Made by a program: the position numbers and the translations under genes. The notes below the pieces were generated by a model. That model was not told where the DNA came from. It worked only from the letters and a program-made list of their open reading frames with translations, and searched no databases. From NCBI GenBank assembly GCA_003614675.1, contig ML002304.1:1-45322 (forward strand): DNA of 45,322 nucleotides. The letters run 5' to 3'. Below, in pieces: positions 10,570-23,037 of this stretch (within the stretch, counting starts at the first letter, position 1; each line of letters opens with the position of its first letter). Source of the stretch: Dimargaris cristalligena. Lineage: Eukaryota.

Positions 10570-10898
10570 GAACTACATTTTTATTATTGTTCATTATTAA
10601 ACAAGGACCAATTCATTGTGTTTGAAGGCCGGGGATTTAAACAGGTATCACCCACTACAGAAAAGAAGGTGAGTATTGTTTATGAGATGGAAGGGCTATG
10701 ACATCCTTGATCACTCAAGGTCAATTGGCAAGCAAGATTATCCCATCCCCTATGAAATTAGTGGAACATGCAGCTCATTTGGTTTTAGAAGCTGAGATAA
10801 CTGAAAGGGACATAGGGCAGAAGCACCAGTAAATTCCATGTAGTTCCCAATAGTGGCTAATTTAGTATTGTCTATCTGCATCTGTTAATGCCATTATA
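10570..10898. repeat. Interspersed repeat segment X (inverted)
   Basis: Reverse-complement match to about 16853-17180, for example ggaagggctatgacatccttgatcactcaagg. Confidence 0.9.
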
Positions 10899-11182
10899 CA
10901 CAGTTTTATGCCTCAGTTACATAGTGGAAGTCACCTATTCAATATTCCTGTAAGTCCCAGAGTCGGGATTTTACCTTTTGCTAAAGAACGGTTGTCTACT
11001 CATTAGGCAAGTATTATCTTCCCCGATTGTTCCAATAATCCTTTATATCAGCACACTACCACTGGTTCATATGGTGGGTGGTAGTAGTGCTGTCTTCCTG
11101 CCATACCTTCACTGACTTGTATGAATAATTCTAAAATCGGAATTCCCAATTGGCCTATTATCATGATAGATTAACATTAACA

Positions 11183-11569
11183 CCCATATCATTGTTTGGA
11201 AGTCGGGGGCCTGGCCACTGTAAGCATACACAGTCCAGGAGGAACCTAGGTCAATAACCTGGTGGTATCGGCCCCAGTACAAGGAATAGTCATGAAATGG
11301 CAGATGTAGGATATAGAATCAGCATCACTGCTATGCTGATAATTAGAACCCCAAATATAAAATCCATGAGTATTAAGGGAAGGTGATCTCATAATGTGAA
11401 TTGCATATTAATGAACCAAATAATGGCAGGATGTAAAGTATGTTCATTTTATTTAGTGTACATTGTCTTTGACAAAGAACTTCCAGTCTAGTATTGGTGC
11501 ACTGGTGAATAGGGTAGTAGAGTACCCAGTTACATAATTCGAGGGCCACAGTATATATAAAGAGAGAAA
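11183..11569. repeat. About 390-bp interspersed repeat, copy 2
   Basis: Direct match to 4083-4473. Confidence 0.9.
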
Positions 11570-12311
11570 GAGAAGAATCATGGAATACTAGGGATACAAA
11601 GAAATAAAGCTGAATGTAAGTAGCTAGAGTACAGTAGGTACCCCCAAGTGATTAGTTTTATTAAACTGTAATTTTAATGGGGTAAAACATAAGTGGCTAA
11701 CATAAATGGTCTTATGATAGCAGGATAAATTAGCATAATTAGGTGATATAGGACAGGATAAAAGCCACATAGGAAGATATTCTTCAACAACATTATCCCC
11801 TTGAACCCATTTTGGCTAATCCAGACTACCAATATAAATAAGCTACCACCCACATTGTATTTGAGATTTTGGCCATTTCCCACTCTCATTGGGACTACCC
11901 CTTCCACTCCTTCAAATTGAACTTGCCCCCAAGTCAACTCTTTAACTCCAAAACCCTTACACATTAACATTTTCCCATTGGGAAGTCTGCTGCCTATGTT
12001 AACTGGCTGTGTCTCCCTTGACTATAGTCACTACCACTATTATTACAAAAACCCACAGGTAAACACATGTCTGCCTTAGCCACCAGTACTCCAATCAGGC
12101 AAGCAGCACCAGGCAGGCTAAGTCAACCTCTTAAATTGGCACAAATGAGATAGTGTACGTTTTTAGCCGTGTTTGCCTTGTAATACCCCTCCAAATTCAC
12201 TGTGGGCAACCACCAGGGACTAGCGGGAAAGTATCAGCAGTATTGTTAAGCACAATGCCGTGTTGGAGTGGGATGTCCTACGTTTCAATGAGTGGGAGGC
12301 CATTCTCTGGC

Positions 12312-12875
12312 AAATTAAACCTCATCAAAACCCGGATTCCCTTTGCGCAGTTCGCTAAGGCCAATAACCAATTCGACACCGTCAAAGAGGCGCGCAAAAT
12401 TGTTCAATGGAATTATAAACAACTCCCGCGGCAGCAGCAACCCCACCTGGAGCTGAAGGCAAGAGTGGCCCACGATATCCAGGAGGCCGAGAGGCCCAAT
12501 AACTCCATAGAGGGCATCATTCGGCGATCCAATCAGCAGTTTGAAAATGACCAAGTTCGAGACATCAGACGCCATGTGCGACGATCAGCGCAGCCGATTG
12601 GGCGAGATTAAGCACCGCGAGGAAGGCCACAAGCGCCAAATGGCCGAAATCGAGCAGGAGATTGAGCTGTTCCAACACGACTTTGGGGTGGGCCCTCCCG
12701 AGGATCCTACGGCCGACCTCACACACCAAATGAATGGGCTCGGACGGCAACTGCGGGGTATGCAGAGCCGAGTCGATGAGCTACAGGGCCAGTAGCAGGA
12801 TACCATGGCCTAATCGCGCAATGCCTGGCAACACATGGAGCCTAAGCAAACCGAACTGCAGCAGCTGGAAGACTT
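12312..12875 (+). pseudogene. SMC5: SMC5 coiled-coil arm fragment, frameshifted, with premature stops
   Basis: LNLIKTRIPFAQFAKANNQFDTVKEARKIVQWNYKQLPRQQQP aligns without gaps to the recalled SMC5 segment [43 protein letters not shown]. Frameshift near 12540, TAG at 12793 and a TAA shortly after. GC-rich, gene-like codons inside AT-rich repeats. Confidence 0.7.
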
Positions 12876-13002
12876 CGCACCAGCTGTATAAGACTTCAAA
12901 TGATTTGTGTATGGGAAAATGGGCGGATGCATGATTGTTAACTAAGAATATTTGCCATACCTGATTTATTTTTTCGGTATACAGCCTCATTGAACTTCTC
13001 CC
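12867..13002 (-). mobile_element. 136-bp MITE copy 5, diverged, left end merges into the SMC5 fragment
   Basis: cagctgtataag ... tatacagcctcattgaacttctccc. ATAT flanks are lost. Confidence 0.75.
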
Positions 13003-16000
13003 ACTTTATTGTGCTTCCTCTTCCTACCCCACTGCTTACACTATCATTTGGCTACTTGCATCATTCACATGTGTGGTTATTTTTTTACACTAACGGACAA
13101 GTTATTAATATCTCCTCAACCTAACATCTGAATAAAGGCAAGGTCTGCATTCCCGGTAGTTCGTCAGAGTGTATCCAGTTAGTGTCTGTTGAGATATCGA
13201 GTGGAAAGAGCAAGTTTTATATAAAGGAACATAAAATATGAAGTAGTAGGAGCGTTACGGACGCCAGTAAACTGGGAATCCAGGAAGTGCGGCCGATACA
13301 CCGTTTATATGGCTGGACCATCCTCAGAAAAGCATGTGGTAATGTCCGCATATATTGTTGCCGGGCCTACTGGGATGCGTATATACCATTCTGGTTGTCC
13401 ACTGGTACTTCCGATGTAACGGCCTCAGAAGCATCGGGGGTATCCAGGCATGCTGGATTTATGCACCAGCCAGAGTCGGCCCCTGCTCTGGCTGTGAATG
13501 CAATATGTCCATATGGTGTTGTAGTAATTTCGATATGTGTAGGCTATATATTGAAGAAGTTCTCTAATCACATCGGATCCAACAAGATGAAAATGCACAA
13601 CCAATCTTTTGATAGAAGCATAAAACACTTAGTAAATGAGTGGTAGCATACATATACCACTATGGCAATTTCTACGCATATGAAAAATGGGTTTATTAAT
13701 AATGAGCTTCATTAATGTGTATTAAAAGATCGAATGACATGATATAAATCAAAATAATATTTCCACCAAGGAATTGTAAATAGTAAAATACCGCCGCAAC
13801 CTCTTTGTTTGTATACCAGCCGCAGGTCAACCATCTCTGGAACAAAAGATGGTGTTCAATGGGAGTTGATTACTTTCATTATATAATCTGTGCCACATTC
13901 CAAGGAGCATTTTATAATTGGTACAGGGCTGAGTTCCAGTATAAATAGACTGGCATCACTCGGGGGTAGTTGTATCTCATCCAAAATACCAAAATACCAC
14001 AAATCTATCAGTATAATAACCGGCCAAAATTCTTTGCCAGTTACTATAATGATACCTCAGGATAACTTAACCCCGGTTTGTAGTGTTTGGGCCTGGCGGC
14101 CTAGGGTTGATAGGCGCCTTGGGTTGGCGGGTATCATAGTCCCGACACAGTATTGTTTCGGGAGTAAAAGCACTATCCTGAGAAGGACAGTCTAGAAGTT
14201 CTTTCATAAGCATTTCTGCCGAGACTTGGTCGCCCAATTGGTTATGGTGACCAGCGGAAGTGTTGTTGGCAGTAGCCAAGCCATGTTGGGTTGTTGGGGG
14301 AACATTGCTAATTAACATCATTGTTTTTCACGATAGTGGTCAGGTTTTGGCAGAAACGATAGAAATTATAATTGAATGGCTTGAAGGAAAGCAGGCTTGC
14401 TTTTTATATTCAAAAACCCTGACATCATGATTTCTTGGTTAAACACTGCCGATATCCATCCACGGTATGCTAACAATAGGATATTCTGGTATAATTGTGA
14501 CCAGTGGTGGAATACTCCCATCCCCCCTCCTTACCACCAGTCGTGTCTTCTAACAAAAGAATCAATGAAATATGGTATAAAAAAGCAACTGTGAATTGTC
14601 TCTTTGTTGACTTGTGGATTGACTGACCTTCATTATATGGTTTACATCTACGTTTCAATACACAATAGATAGAATGTTCCAATAGTTCCTCATTGGTGCT
14701 ATACAGGGTGGATTCGATTTATTCAGAAACTTCAAAGTGGTTTGCAATGGGGAACAGCAGTCTGATAATACTTTTATGACAGCTTCAGCATAGACACCCT
14801 ACTATTCCCGTAATTTATTTTGAATTGGTCATAGTGTAGGACCACAGTCAGCAATTGTAGTGGAGAATTATGAACTGGGCCATTGTGGTAGTTATCAATT
14901 TACGCTGGTGAAAATTGTGTAGTCGGTGGTTGAACAATATTATTGGGGTCAATATGTCCAGACTGTTGATTTACGAAGAGTTATTAATGGATATGGTTCT
15001 AATTAGTCTATTATATGAACTTATGGAAGAATTGCTTGGTACAATTACACTAGACTACTAGCGCCTCTCTCTTACATTCATAATATTCACATTACAACCA
15101 GCTGAAATAACTTCTGTAATAGTATTTTATGCCATGAAGTAGCCACCACGTCATACGAAATCCAGAAAACAACTGACAGGGAACATAGGGTGGGGTTTGG
15201 GAAATTCTAGATTTGGTAATGGCTGCCATATTAACTTGGTAAACCCATAGTACATTGGGGTTGATTATATAGCGCATCATAAAGATGCAGCTAATACATC
15301 CAGTGACACATAAACCACTTATGATGAAATTAATGTATATGTGCATTATGAATAGTTAGATTGTTAATCTCTTTACTTGGAGAACATCTGGACACCCACA
15401 TAAAATAACCATGTAAACTGCTATTGGGATTAGTGAGCAATAGTGAGTACTTATGGTTGTGACTAGTTGTGAATCCCCTTGATAGCCATAGAACTGGGAA
15501 GCTATAGTGAATAGTTGAGATTGGAAAAAAAAGGGGGAAACACAGGAATATGACTAGGCTTACTGCATCAATATTGATTTAACACATACTTATTAACAAA
15601 ATGTTATTGTAATGAAAGGCATAATAAAGGAATAAATATTATAGATTGATTATAGTAGAAATAAGTCTGAGTTACAACCCTCCTTCAACAGTATCAATAT
15701 TGTAAAGGCTACTGTCGGCCCTCCTGATCTAACTTTGTCTAGGCTTAACAATTGTCTGCCCTTATTAGGCCTTATAGCATTATATTAACCCTTCCATGGT
15801 TACCCCCAGTACTATGGGATTAGCATTTATCATATAACCATTCTCTTTCTGGACCCCAGCACTTCACACTAAACACTCAACCAGCTGATCCAAATACTAT
15901 TACAGTTCCCATAAGAGTCTTCCAAATACAAGGCCCATCTAGTTAGTCTATTTATCTATACCATAGTTTAGTAGTATCTTCCCTTGGGATCTCCCTCTGA

Positions 16001-16167
16001 GGTGGTCCCTACATATATATAACGAGGCCCCCTTGGGACTGGTTTGATTCCTCAGCTTATTTGTATCCCCTAGTTTATCCCAATAAACTCTATATAAACT
16101 TATACCTTTGTAATGACCAGTAAGTATGCCTGCTGCATGTCCCTTACATAAACTGATCACCTAAGCC

Positions 16168-16295
16168 TTTATTAGTTAGTACTATGCCCTATACCTAATG
16201 CTAGTAGCCCACTTAGCCAAGTCTAAGCCCCACCTAATGTTAGAAGCCTATCCTCGGGACTCTTGATGGACTAAGAGTAGTTAACCTAAGTGATA
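16168..16295 (-). mobile_element. LTR-like fragment, second copy
   Basis: Reverse complement of 9841-9966. Confidence 0.55.
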
Positions 16296-16852
16296 GTCAG
16301 ATAAGCATACTATTAATAATATAGTTTTTTTTGGAACTGGGTAGTATTTAGATTAGACATATAGAATTATATAGCCCTTAGATTATTAAGTTTCTTATCC
16401 CCTAAGAAATATTAATAACAAGGTTGGTGTTATGACAGGCTAGAAATAAGACCAGGTACCACAAGATGGTCAGGACTTCAAAGGATGGAAATAGGTTTAT
16501 TAGACTAGATACCAGATAGGCAAAACAAAAGAGAAGTTGTAAGCTAAAGAGCAAGCTGTGGGGGAATGGTTGTGGTTATATCCAAACTCCAGGGGCAGGG
16601 GAAGAATGATGATGACTAATAAATGTAAACCAGTAACTAGATAATAAGGGGAATAAAACATAGTAGGATAATGGGTATATATTTCTATAATGTTAAATAT
16701 TAATTTTACCCATTTATTGGTATGGGTTTTTTACTTATATGGCTGGTTATTCTTGTAGTTTGAATTAACCATTAATAACAACTCCTGACCCTGGGATCTT
16801 CAGGAATATTGCAATGGTGGTATCCACAATGCAGTCAAGTTGTAAAACTTTT

Positions 16853-17462
16853 TATAATGGTATGGGTAGTTGCAGATAGACAATATCAAATTAGCTGCAA
16901 CTAGGAACTATATAGAATTTATTAGTGCCTCTGCCTTATATCCCTTTCAGATGCCTTGGCTTCCAAAACTGAAGGAACCATGTGTTCCATTAATTTCATA
17001 GGGGGTGGGATAATCTCACTTGCCAACTGGCCTTGAGTGATCAAGGATGTCATAGCCCTTCCAACCCATAAGCAATGCTCACCTTCTATTCTGCAGTGGG
17101 TGATTCCCATTTAAATTCACAATCTTCAAACACAATGAAAAGCCTTTGTTTAATAATGAATAATAAAAAATGTGTGGTTCATATAACCACTTGGCCATCT
17201 TGACCCCACCATGAGACCATTGGGTGGTATTCAGTATTGAACCACCATTATCCAGCTTGGGATACCCTTTGTGCTAGCTGGGGTGTATATACTACTAAAA
17301 GGTATAAAAGTGGCCACCTCCCCACCTCCTATGGCCTTTAATTATTTTTTTACAGGCATTATCAACCAGAATAATGAATGCCATCAAACTAAATACTGGG
17401 AGCAAGGATCAGCTAAACAGGGACTATCCTGTTGCTGATCTGAGAGCTCCCATCATGAAGCC
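16853..17462. repeat. Uninterrupted X-ATAT-Y repeat containing the empty MITE target site (17181-17184)
   Basis: The left half matches the reverse complement of 10570-10898 and the right half matches 9560-9840. They are joined by a single ATAT. Confidence 0.85.
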
Positions 17463-18129
17463 TATCAAATGGCTTCTCAGGAAGGTAAGTTATGAAATTT
17501 GTGTTTATGTGTATATTGTTAGGCCAGTGTTTTGAGGCCCCTCCCTTCTGGGACTAAGGCTGGGATTGGACCCCTTGCTCTCCCCAGGATTGGCAGGGTC
17601 ACTGGACGTCAGGTTTGGAGGGCTCAAGGTACTTAGGTGAATCATGGAGAACTTGGGAAACGGTCCCTCAGCTATTCAGATTGGGTCAGAACTGTGCTCT
17701 GAGGTTGAACTAGGATACGGTGTGAAATGTTCAAAGAGAAGTGGTCCTACACTCCCATTGTCAGAGTTGGGTGCTGGAGGAGCCACAGTGATTTTGTGCT
17801 GAAAATAGGGTAATAAAAAAAAAAGAAACAAAAATTTGACTTCCGGTTGAAGTCCTTGACTGATGCTGGGTAAAATACTGAGTGAAGTTAAAGTAGATAT
17901 TTATTCTGAATAATAAAAAATTATCTCAAAGATAACTTGCCATTTTAAGGGCCAACCGGGGAGACTATATATATGTAAAATAATACTATGAACTTAGAAT
18001 TATACTACTACTTTAGGACATCATCCTCGGATGGACAGACAACTATAAAACCACAAAGGGAGAAACTGGTTGGGTCTTCAAGCTTGAACACTGTGGAAAA
18101 ATTGGGAAGAAAAGGATATGTGGAAAAAT

Positions 18130-18265
18130 AATGGAAGATAAATTTGCCTTGGATCCACCAGGGCATTTCCTGAATGTAACTGGTGGAAAGGAAGAATATG
18201 GGTAAATGGAAAGCAAAATTGCCTTGGATCCATCAGGGTGTTTCTTGAATGTAGTTTGTGGAAGA
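18130..18265. repeat. 75-bp tandem repeat x about 2
   Basis: gccttggatcca..agggy.tttc.tgaatgta at 18146 and 18221. Confidence 0.85.
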
Positions 18266-19377
18266 CTTCAATGTCGCTCCCTCGTCCCCGCATGGGTATT
18301 GTTTGCCGCAAAGGCATAACTATGTATCTGGAATGTACAGGTGTCATGGGGTGGAGTATAACAACCAATTAGTCTCATGGAAAAGGAAAATCATCCTGCC
18401 CCTGGCAGTACATATAGCATTGTCTATTGCTGTTTTCCTAAGAAATAGTGGGGTGAACCACTATTTATATATGCTTCTGGGTTATACAGTTTACCATATT
18501 ACAGTGTTTTAGATGACCATGTCCCATTTTCAATTTACAAAAACATCATCAGTGTCATCAATGGGGTGTTGGCTCATTATTTCAAAGAAATTGTAATAGC
18601 CACATCTCATTATGCTATTATTGTTATAGTTCCCTTCCAGTCAATAATAGATCCTATATTTGAGATGCTATTTTTATTAGTCTAGATTTTATTGGGCCCT
18701 CCTTACTTATCTCTTATTTTTATTTTGTATATTATTCCCTTACAGATAAAACACCTCTTCAGCTCCCAAAAGGCAGTAATGGATCCCCTTCTAACGCATG
18801 CATAAGGCTTTTTGCTACAATCATAAGGCAGTATTAACCGGGAACCGGGCCTTCCAGTACCAACCTGTCACCATTCCTTTCTGACCCAACTCCTAAACTC
18901 ACCAATGTGAAGTGGGCTTAACCTTGCCTGTACCCAAAATTCCATCGAACAGCCATAGTCGATTTACATTAACACCCATTACAGATACATCTATCCCTTG
19001 GACAACCACATGCTTGGTTGGTTCTCTTGATATCAACTGCAAAATTGCCTTCCCGGCCCATCTATGATTTACTCGTAACTTCTTCGTGATGATATTCGCT
19101 ATTGTATCTTTATATGCTTCAGTTGAACAGCGTCCCCCCAAAGGAAACTCACAGCCCCACAGTTTCCCTTCGGCTGGTCGGGTCAGTCTAGAATATATTC
19201 GACGCAGCAGCCCAGTGGTTGAAACATTACTTATTTTTGTACTAGGCATCATAGAGTTGCATAAAACTCCATACTTTCTACCTGTTTTCCATCTGTGAAC
19301 TTAATAAAACCTAAATTTCAAAGCATTGCGAACTGTGTTTCCGAATCGGATCCTTTAATTGTCAAATGTAAGCCGAT

Positions 19378-19471
19378 GGGAAAGGTTCAACTAAGTTGTC
19401 TAACGAAGAATTCGTTGGATGAGGCCCATTCTATTGGATAAACCCGTATGCAGCTGCACTAAAATTCACCA
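19378..19471 (+). mobile_element. MITE copy 6 with an internal deletion (94 bp)
   Basis: gggaaaggttcaactaagttgtctaacgaagaattcgttggatgaggcc ... cagctgcactaaaattcacca, followed by ATAT. Confidence 0.75.
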
Positions 19472-20084
19472 ATATGGTTCTCCTTAATAGCCTATAATAA
19501 TATATAGTCGTCTGGATACCAGCAGATGCCGCCTGGTACAGCTGTTTCTTTTTGTAGAGGACCCTACATTACCAGTCTCACATAAATACACCTGCAAACT
19601 ATAATCTAGTTATTCCAAGATTTATTTCTATCTAGCTGATCCCAATATATGCCTACGCCCTCATCCCCAATTATTGCCTGTGCCCTAGGCTGCCGTATAC
19701 TAATATCCCCCAATATGACATTACCTACTACTAAACACTAGTCGAGACCACCTGGTGATGAGTAAACTAGTGGCCAGCCATCGATGCCCAAAAAGCAACC
19801 AACTTTAAAGTCTGTTGTAACCAAGCCAACCGAAGGAGTGTGGTAATACATTTAGTTTTATCTAGTTGGCATATATTCAACTGTAACACCGTATTACACC
19901 GATGACGAGGTGAGCTGGTTGTCCTGGGTCGGTCGTGATACAACAATGCTAGTATTTCACCAACTATATCATTAAAAGTCTACCTCAATTAGGTGCGGAA
20001 AACCCAATATGAAAACGGAGGCGCCCAAACGTCGGAATAGATGGAGCGCGGCAAGGAGGCCAAGGAAAAGACAAGAGCCAATAG

Positions 20085-20220
20085 AAATTATAATCAGCCC
20101 GGCTGTAGAAGATTTTAAGTGATAAATGTGCGGAGAAATTGGTGGGCGATTTATTTTCAACTAGGGGCATTTGCCCCATCCAACTGGGTTTTCGGTATAA
20201 AGCCTGGCTGAACCTCTTCC
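20085..20220 (-). mobile_element. MITE copy 7, diverged
   Basis: ggctgtagaagattttaagtgataaatgtg ... ccccatccaactgggttttcggtataaagcctggctgaacctcttcc, colinear with the consensus. Confidence 0.7.
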
Positions 20221-21319
20221 ATAGGTGTTCCTCTTTCAGCCATTGGGAATTCTGGGAACCCTGACTGTGGCGCCAAGGGGCTTGGGGTCTCTACGGGAGG
20301 ATACGCTGTCCGCTCACTGTAAGTGAAGTACATGGGCCTAAGCGTAAATCTAGCGGATTAATTTATATACTTTAAATATGGATAGGGCCAGGCAAGCCAG
20401 GGCCCATTTGGCATTTGCCGCTACTTCCAAAAGTTAGGGTATGGCAGACAATGTTAGTTTTACGAAGGAATGTGCATATCTGTTGACCGAATACCACCGT
20501 ATCACCAGCAATGTTTCCGCATGACCCTACGGCTTAGAGAAAAAGGCTAAAGGCTTTTCCCTTGATAGTGTAAGCTATATGAGAATATCTATTCAAATTG
20601 GGTAGAACTGCGAACATCGGGGAGAGTCGCATAAATTTAGTGGGCCACATCCTCAAACCCGACGAGGAGAGGAAAAACAAATAAGTGCTTGTAATATGAT
20701 TTTCCTTTCTTGTCTTTTCCTCCTGCCTCAAAACATTAATCTATTAATGAACGCATTCGCTAGCGAATAGTAGTGTAAAAGCACCAGCCAACTACGAGAC
20801 TTGGTGGGCTTGCCGTCCCCCTGTGGCCCTTGCTTTTCCAATACCTGGGACCCTTCAACCGGTGCACAAGGGAGCCGGGGTGGCTCAAAAGCATCCAATC
20901 ATCCGCCACTAACCGTCGGCAACCGAACTATCCCTTCACAGTGCAAGGATGGCCAATGTCGATGGCAGAAATCCCAACCTGCACTCTTGTACAACGGTCC
21001 ATTCCTACAGCGGCCGTTTCCTGTTGAGGTTTCTTGCGGTGAACCAGCCATTTTGTTAATGCAATACTTTAATCCAATTATACGGGTAACTCAGGCCCCG
21101 TCAACCTTTTCCTCCGTTTCTCCAAGGCGAACCCAAAGGCAGACTAGGCCCCAATGGTATTTACATATATACCGCCCTCCAGCCACCCTGCGTTGACTCA
21201 TTTGCCTCAACCCTCCCCCCACTAACTTGCGATTATAGCAATTGCCCACTACCAACCCACTTTTTACATCACTCGTTTTCCATTCTGTCCATCTCTTTGA
21301 AACCTACCCGTTCTTTAGG

Positions 21320-23037
21320 ATGGCCATGAAATCCGTCTGCTACTCTGTCACCATGGTGGGAATGATTTTGGCACGCTGTGCCGTGGTCTCCAGTCGCCCT
21401 AGTGCCCCTGCCCGTGAGCATGTTTCACCTGTCTCGACTGGGGATTTATCGGCGGCACTGCCCCTACCCAGCGACACGACAGTCCACGCCTTAATTGACG
21501 ACTCCATATTGCGTCAAGATGCAATCCCCAGTGAAGTGGAAAACGCGAACGACAATTTTCAACCCAAGGACAAGCCCAAGAAACAATACGAAAATTTGCC
21601 TCGGGAAATTCGCCGAAATATGATCAATAACCTTGATGTTCGAGAGTTAGGCCAACTTTCTTTGGTATCCAAGACCGACCGGGCATTTGTATACTCTAGT
21701 TCAAAATTCCAGGCATTGGCTGACGTAAGTGAAATTGTCAATAGATTCTTAAATTAACCAAAGGTTGGTCAAGGATTGTGTTTTCGGGACTCTCTCGAAA
21801 CGATCAATGGCAGTCTTGCTCGGCTTTTCACCCTATCCCTTTCATTACACTGGCCCTGCAGTATGACTTCCCCCCATTAATAACACGAATAATATCTAAA
21901 TCAGTTATGTTTTATACAATGCCTGCCTCGCTTCCCTAGCAATATGAAGCTACTCGTAGTATTATAAGCAAGCTTACGTCGGAATCCAGTGACATAAACT
22001 GGGATGACGTTATCAAAAAGGTCATACATGTTGAATTTACCAATGCTGTATTCAGGCGGGTTTACGAAGAACTTGAGATGCGTGAAATCTCACCAACGGG
22101 TAGAAGAATTTTTACGGGCGAAGATTTGGAGATCGATGAATCAACTTCACAACAGAGGTCGTTTATCCGTGAATCTTTTTTTAGGAACAGCCCGGACTTT
22201 GAACCCTGTCTTCGGAAAATTTATTCCGACTGGTTCTACGTACGCCTTGACAAAATGAATCGGAGGCAGCTTGCGACTATGTTCCCACTAGTGGAAACAG
22301 CCATCGGTAGTGACATCGGTCAACTCTGGGACATCACCAAAAATCTGTTTACTTCCAATATTCCCTTTTCAATCACCGCGACCGTGGCTCCGTATAAGGA
22401 GTTGATCTTGGCCATGCGCCAAACTAGTAACCAGTACGGGAATCAATGGAAACCAACCAACGAAGAAGTTACAATACATTCCATTTCTGTAATTATCGGA
22501 GCATTGGTTGTACAGAGAAAGTTCAATTTACTGAAAGAATACATCGCCAAAATCATAAGCAGCGAACTTTTTGACGACGATTGGATAAATTTTGTCTACC
22601 TAATTGCCTTGGAGCTGGAATTGGACGGACTTAAAGACGATGGCATATCTAATTTTAGCGTATTCGGCCTGGACGCATATAGATGTGCTAACGAGTTGGG
22701 CTTCAAGCGTGCTGCCGAAGTATTGGCGAATGAATACCGATCAGAGGATGAGGACTGGTCACCAGACAGTCCAGTTCGCTGCGAGGATCATATTGCTTTA
22801 TATCGCCAAGTCAACATTAATATCAGTCGAGATGAAGATGAGCGGATGAAGGTATCGGTTTCCTATCTCGCCCACCGTTCCACCCTGCCTAATGAGCCTG
22901 CCTTATCAGGGCTGGTCTTCGAAGACACCAACGTGAGTAGAAAACTATTCGACGAGTGGCTCCTAAACAGTCATTATTATAGAGAAGACGCTGCGGCCGA
23001 CCGAGAGAAATATTCAAACCAGGCTATATCCGATTAG
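21320..23037 (+). CDS. Predicted secreted F-box-like protein, about 500 aa; exons 21320-21724 and 21940-23037
   Basis: Hydrophobic N-terminus MAMKSVCYSVTMVGMILARCAVVSS and F-box pattern LPREIRRNMINNLDVRELGQLSLVSK. A GTAAGT...TAG phase-0 intron joins the two ORFs in frame. Confidence 0.75.

Noticed and set aside
10675-10715. Chromodomain-like WKGYD peptide in segment X
   Set aside because: Five residues only; the flanking chromodomain residues are missing and stops are adjacent.
16300-16800. Solo LTR bounded by tgttat...ataaca
   Set aside because: No matching target-site duplication, and too degenerate to delimit.
18899-19252. 117-aa minus-strand ORF
   Set aside because: No motif recognised in any frame, and it lies in the repeat field.
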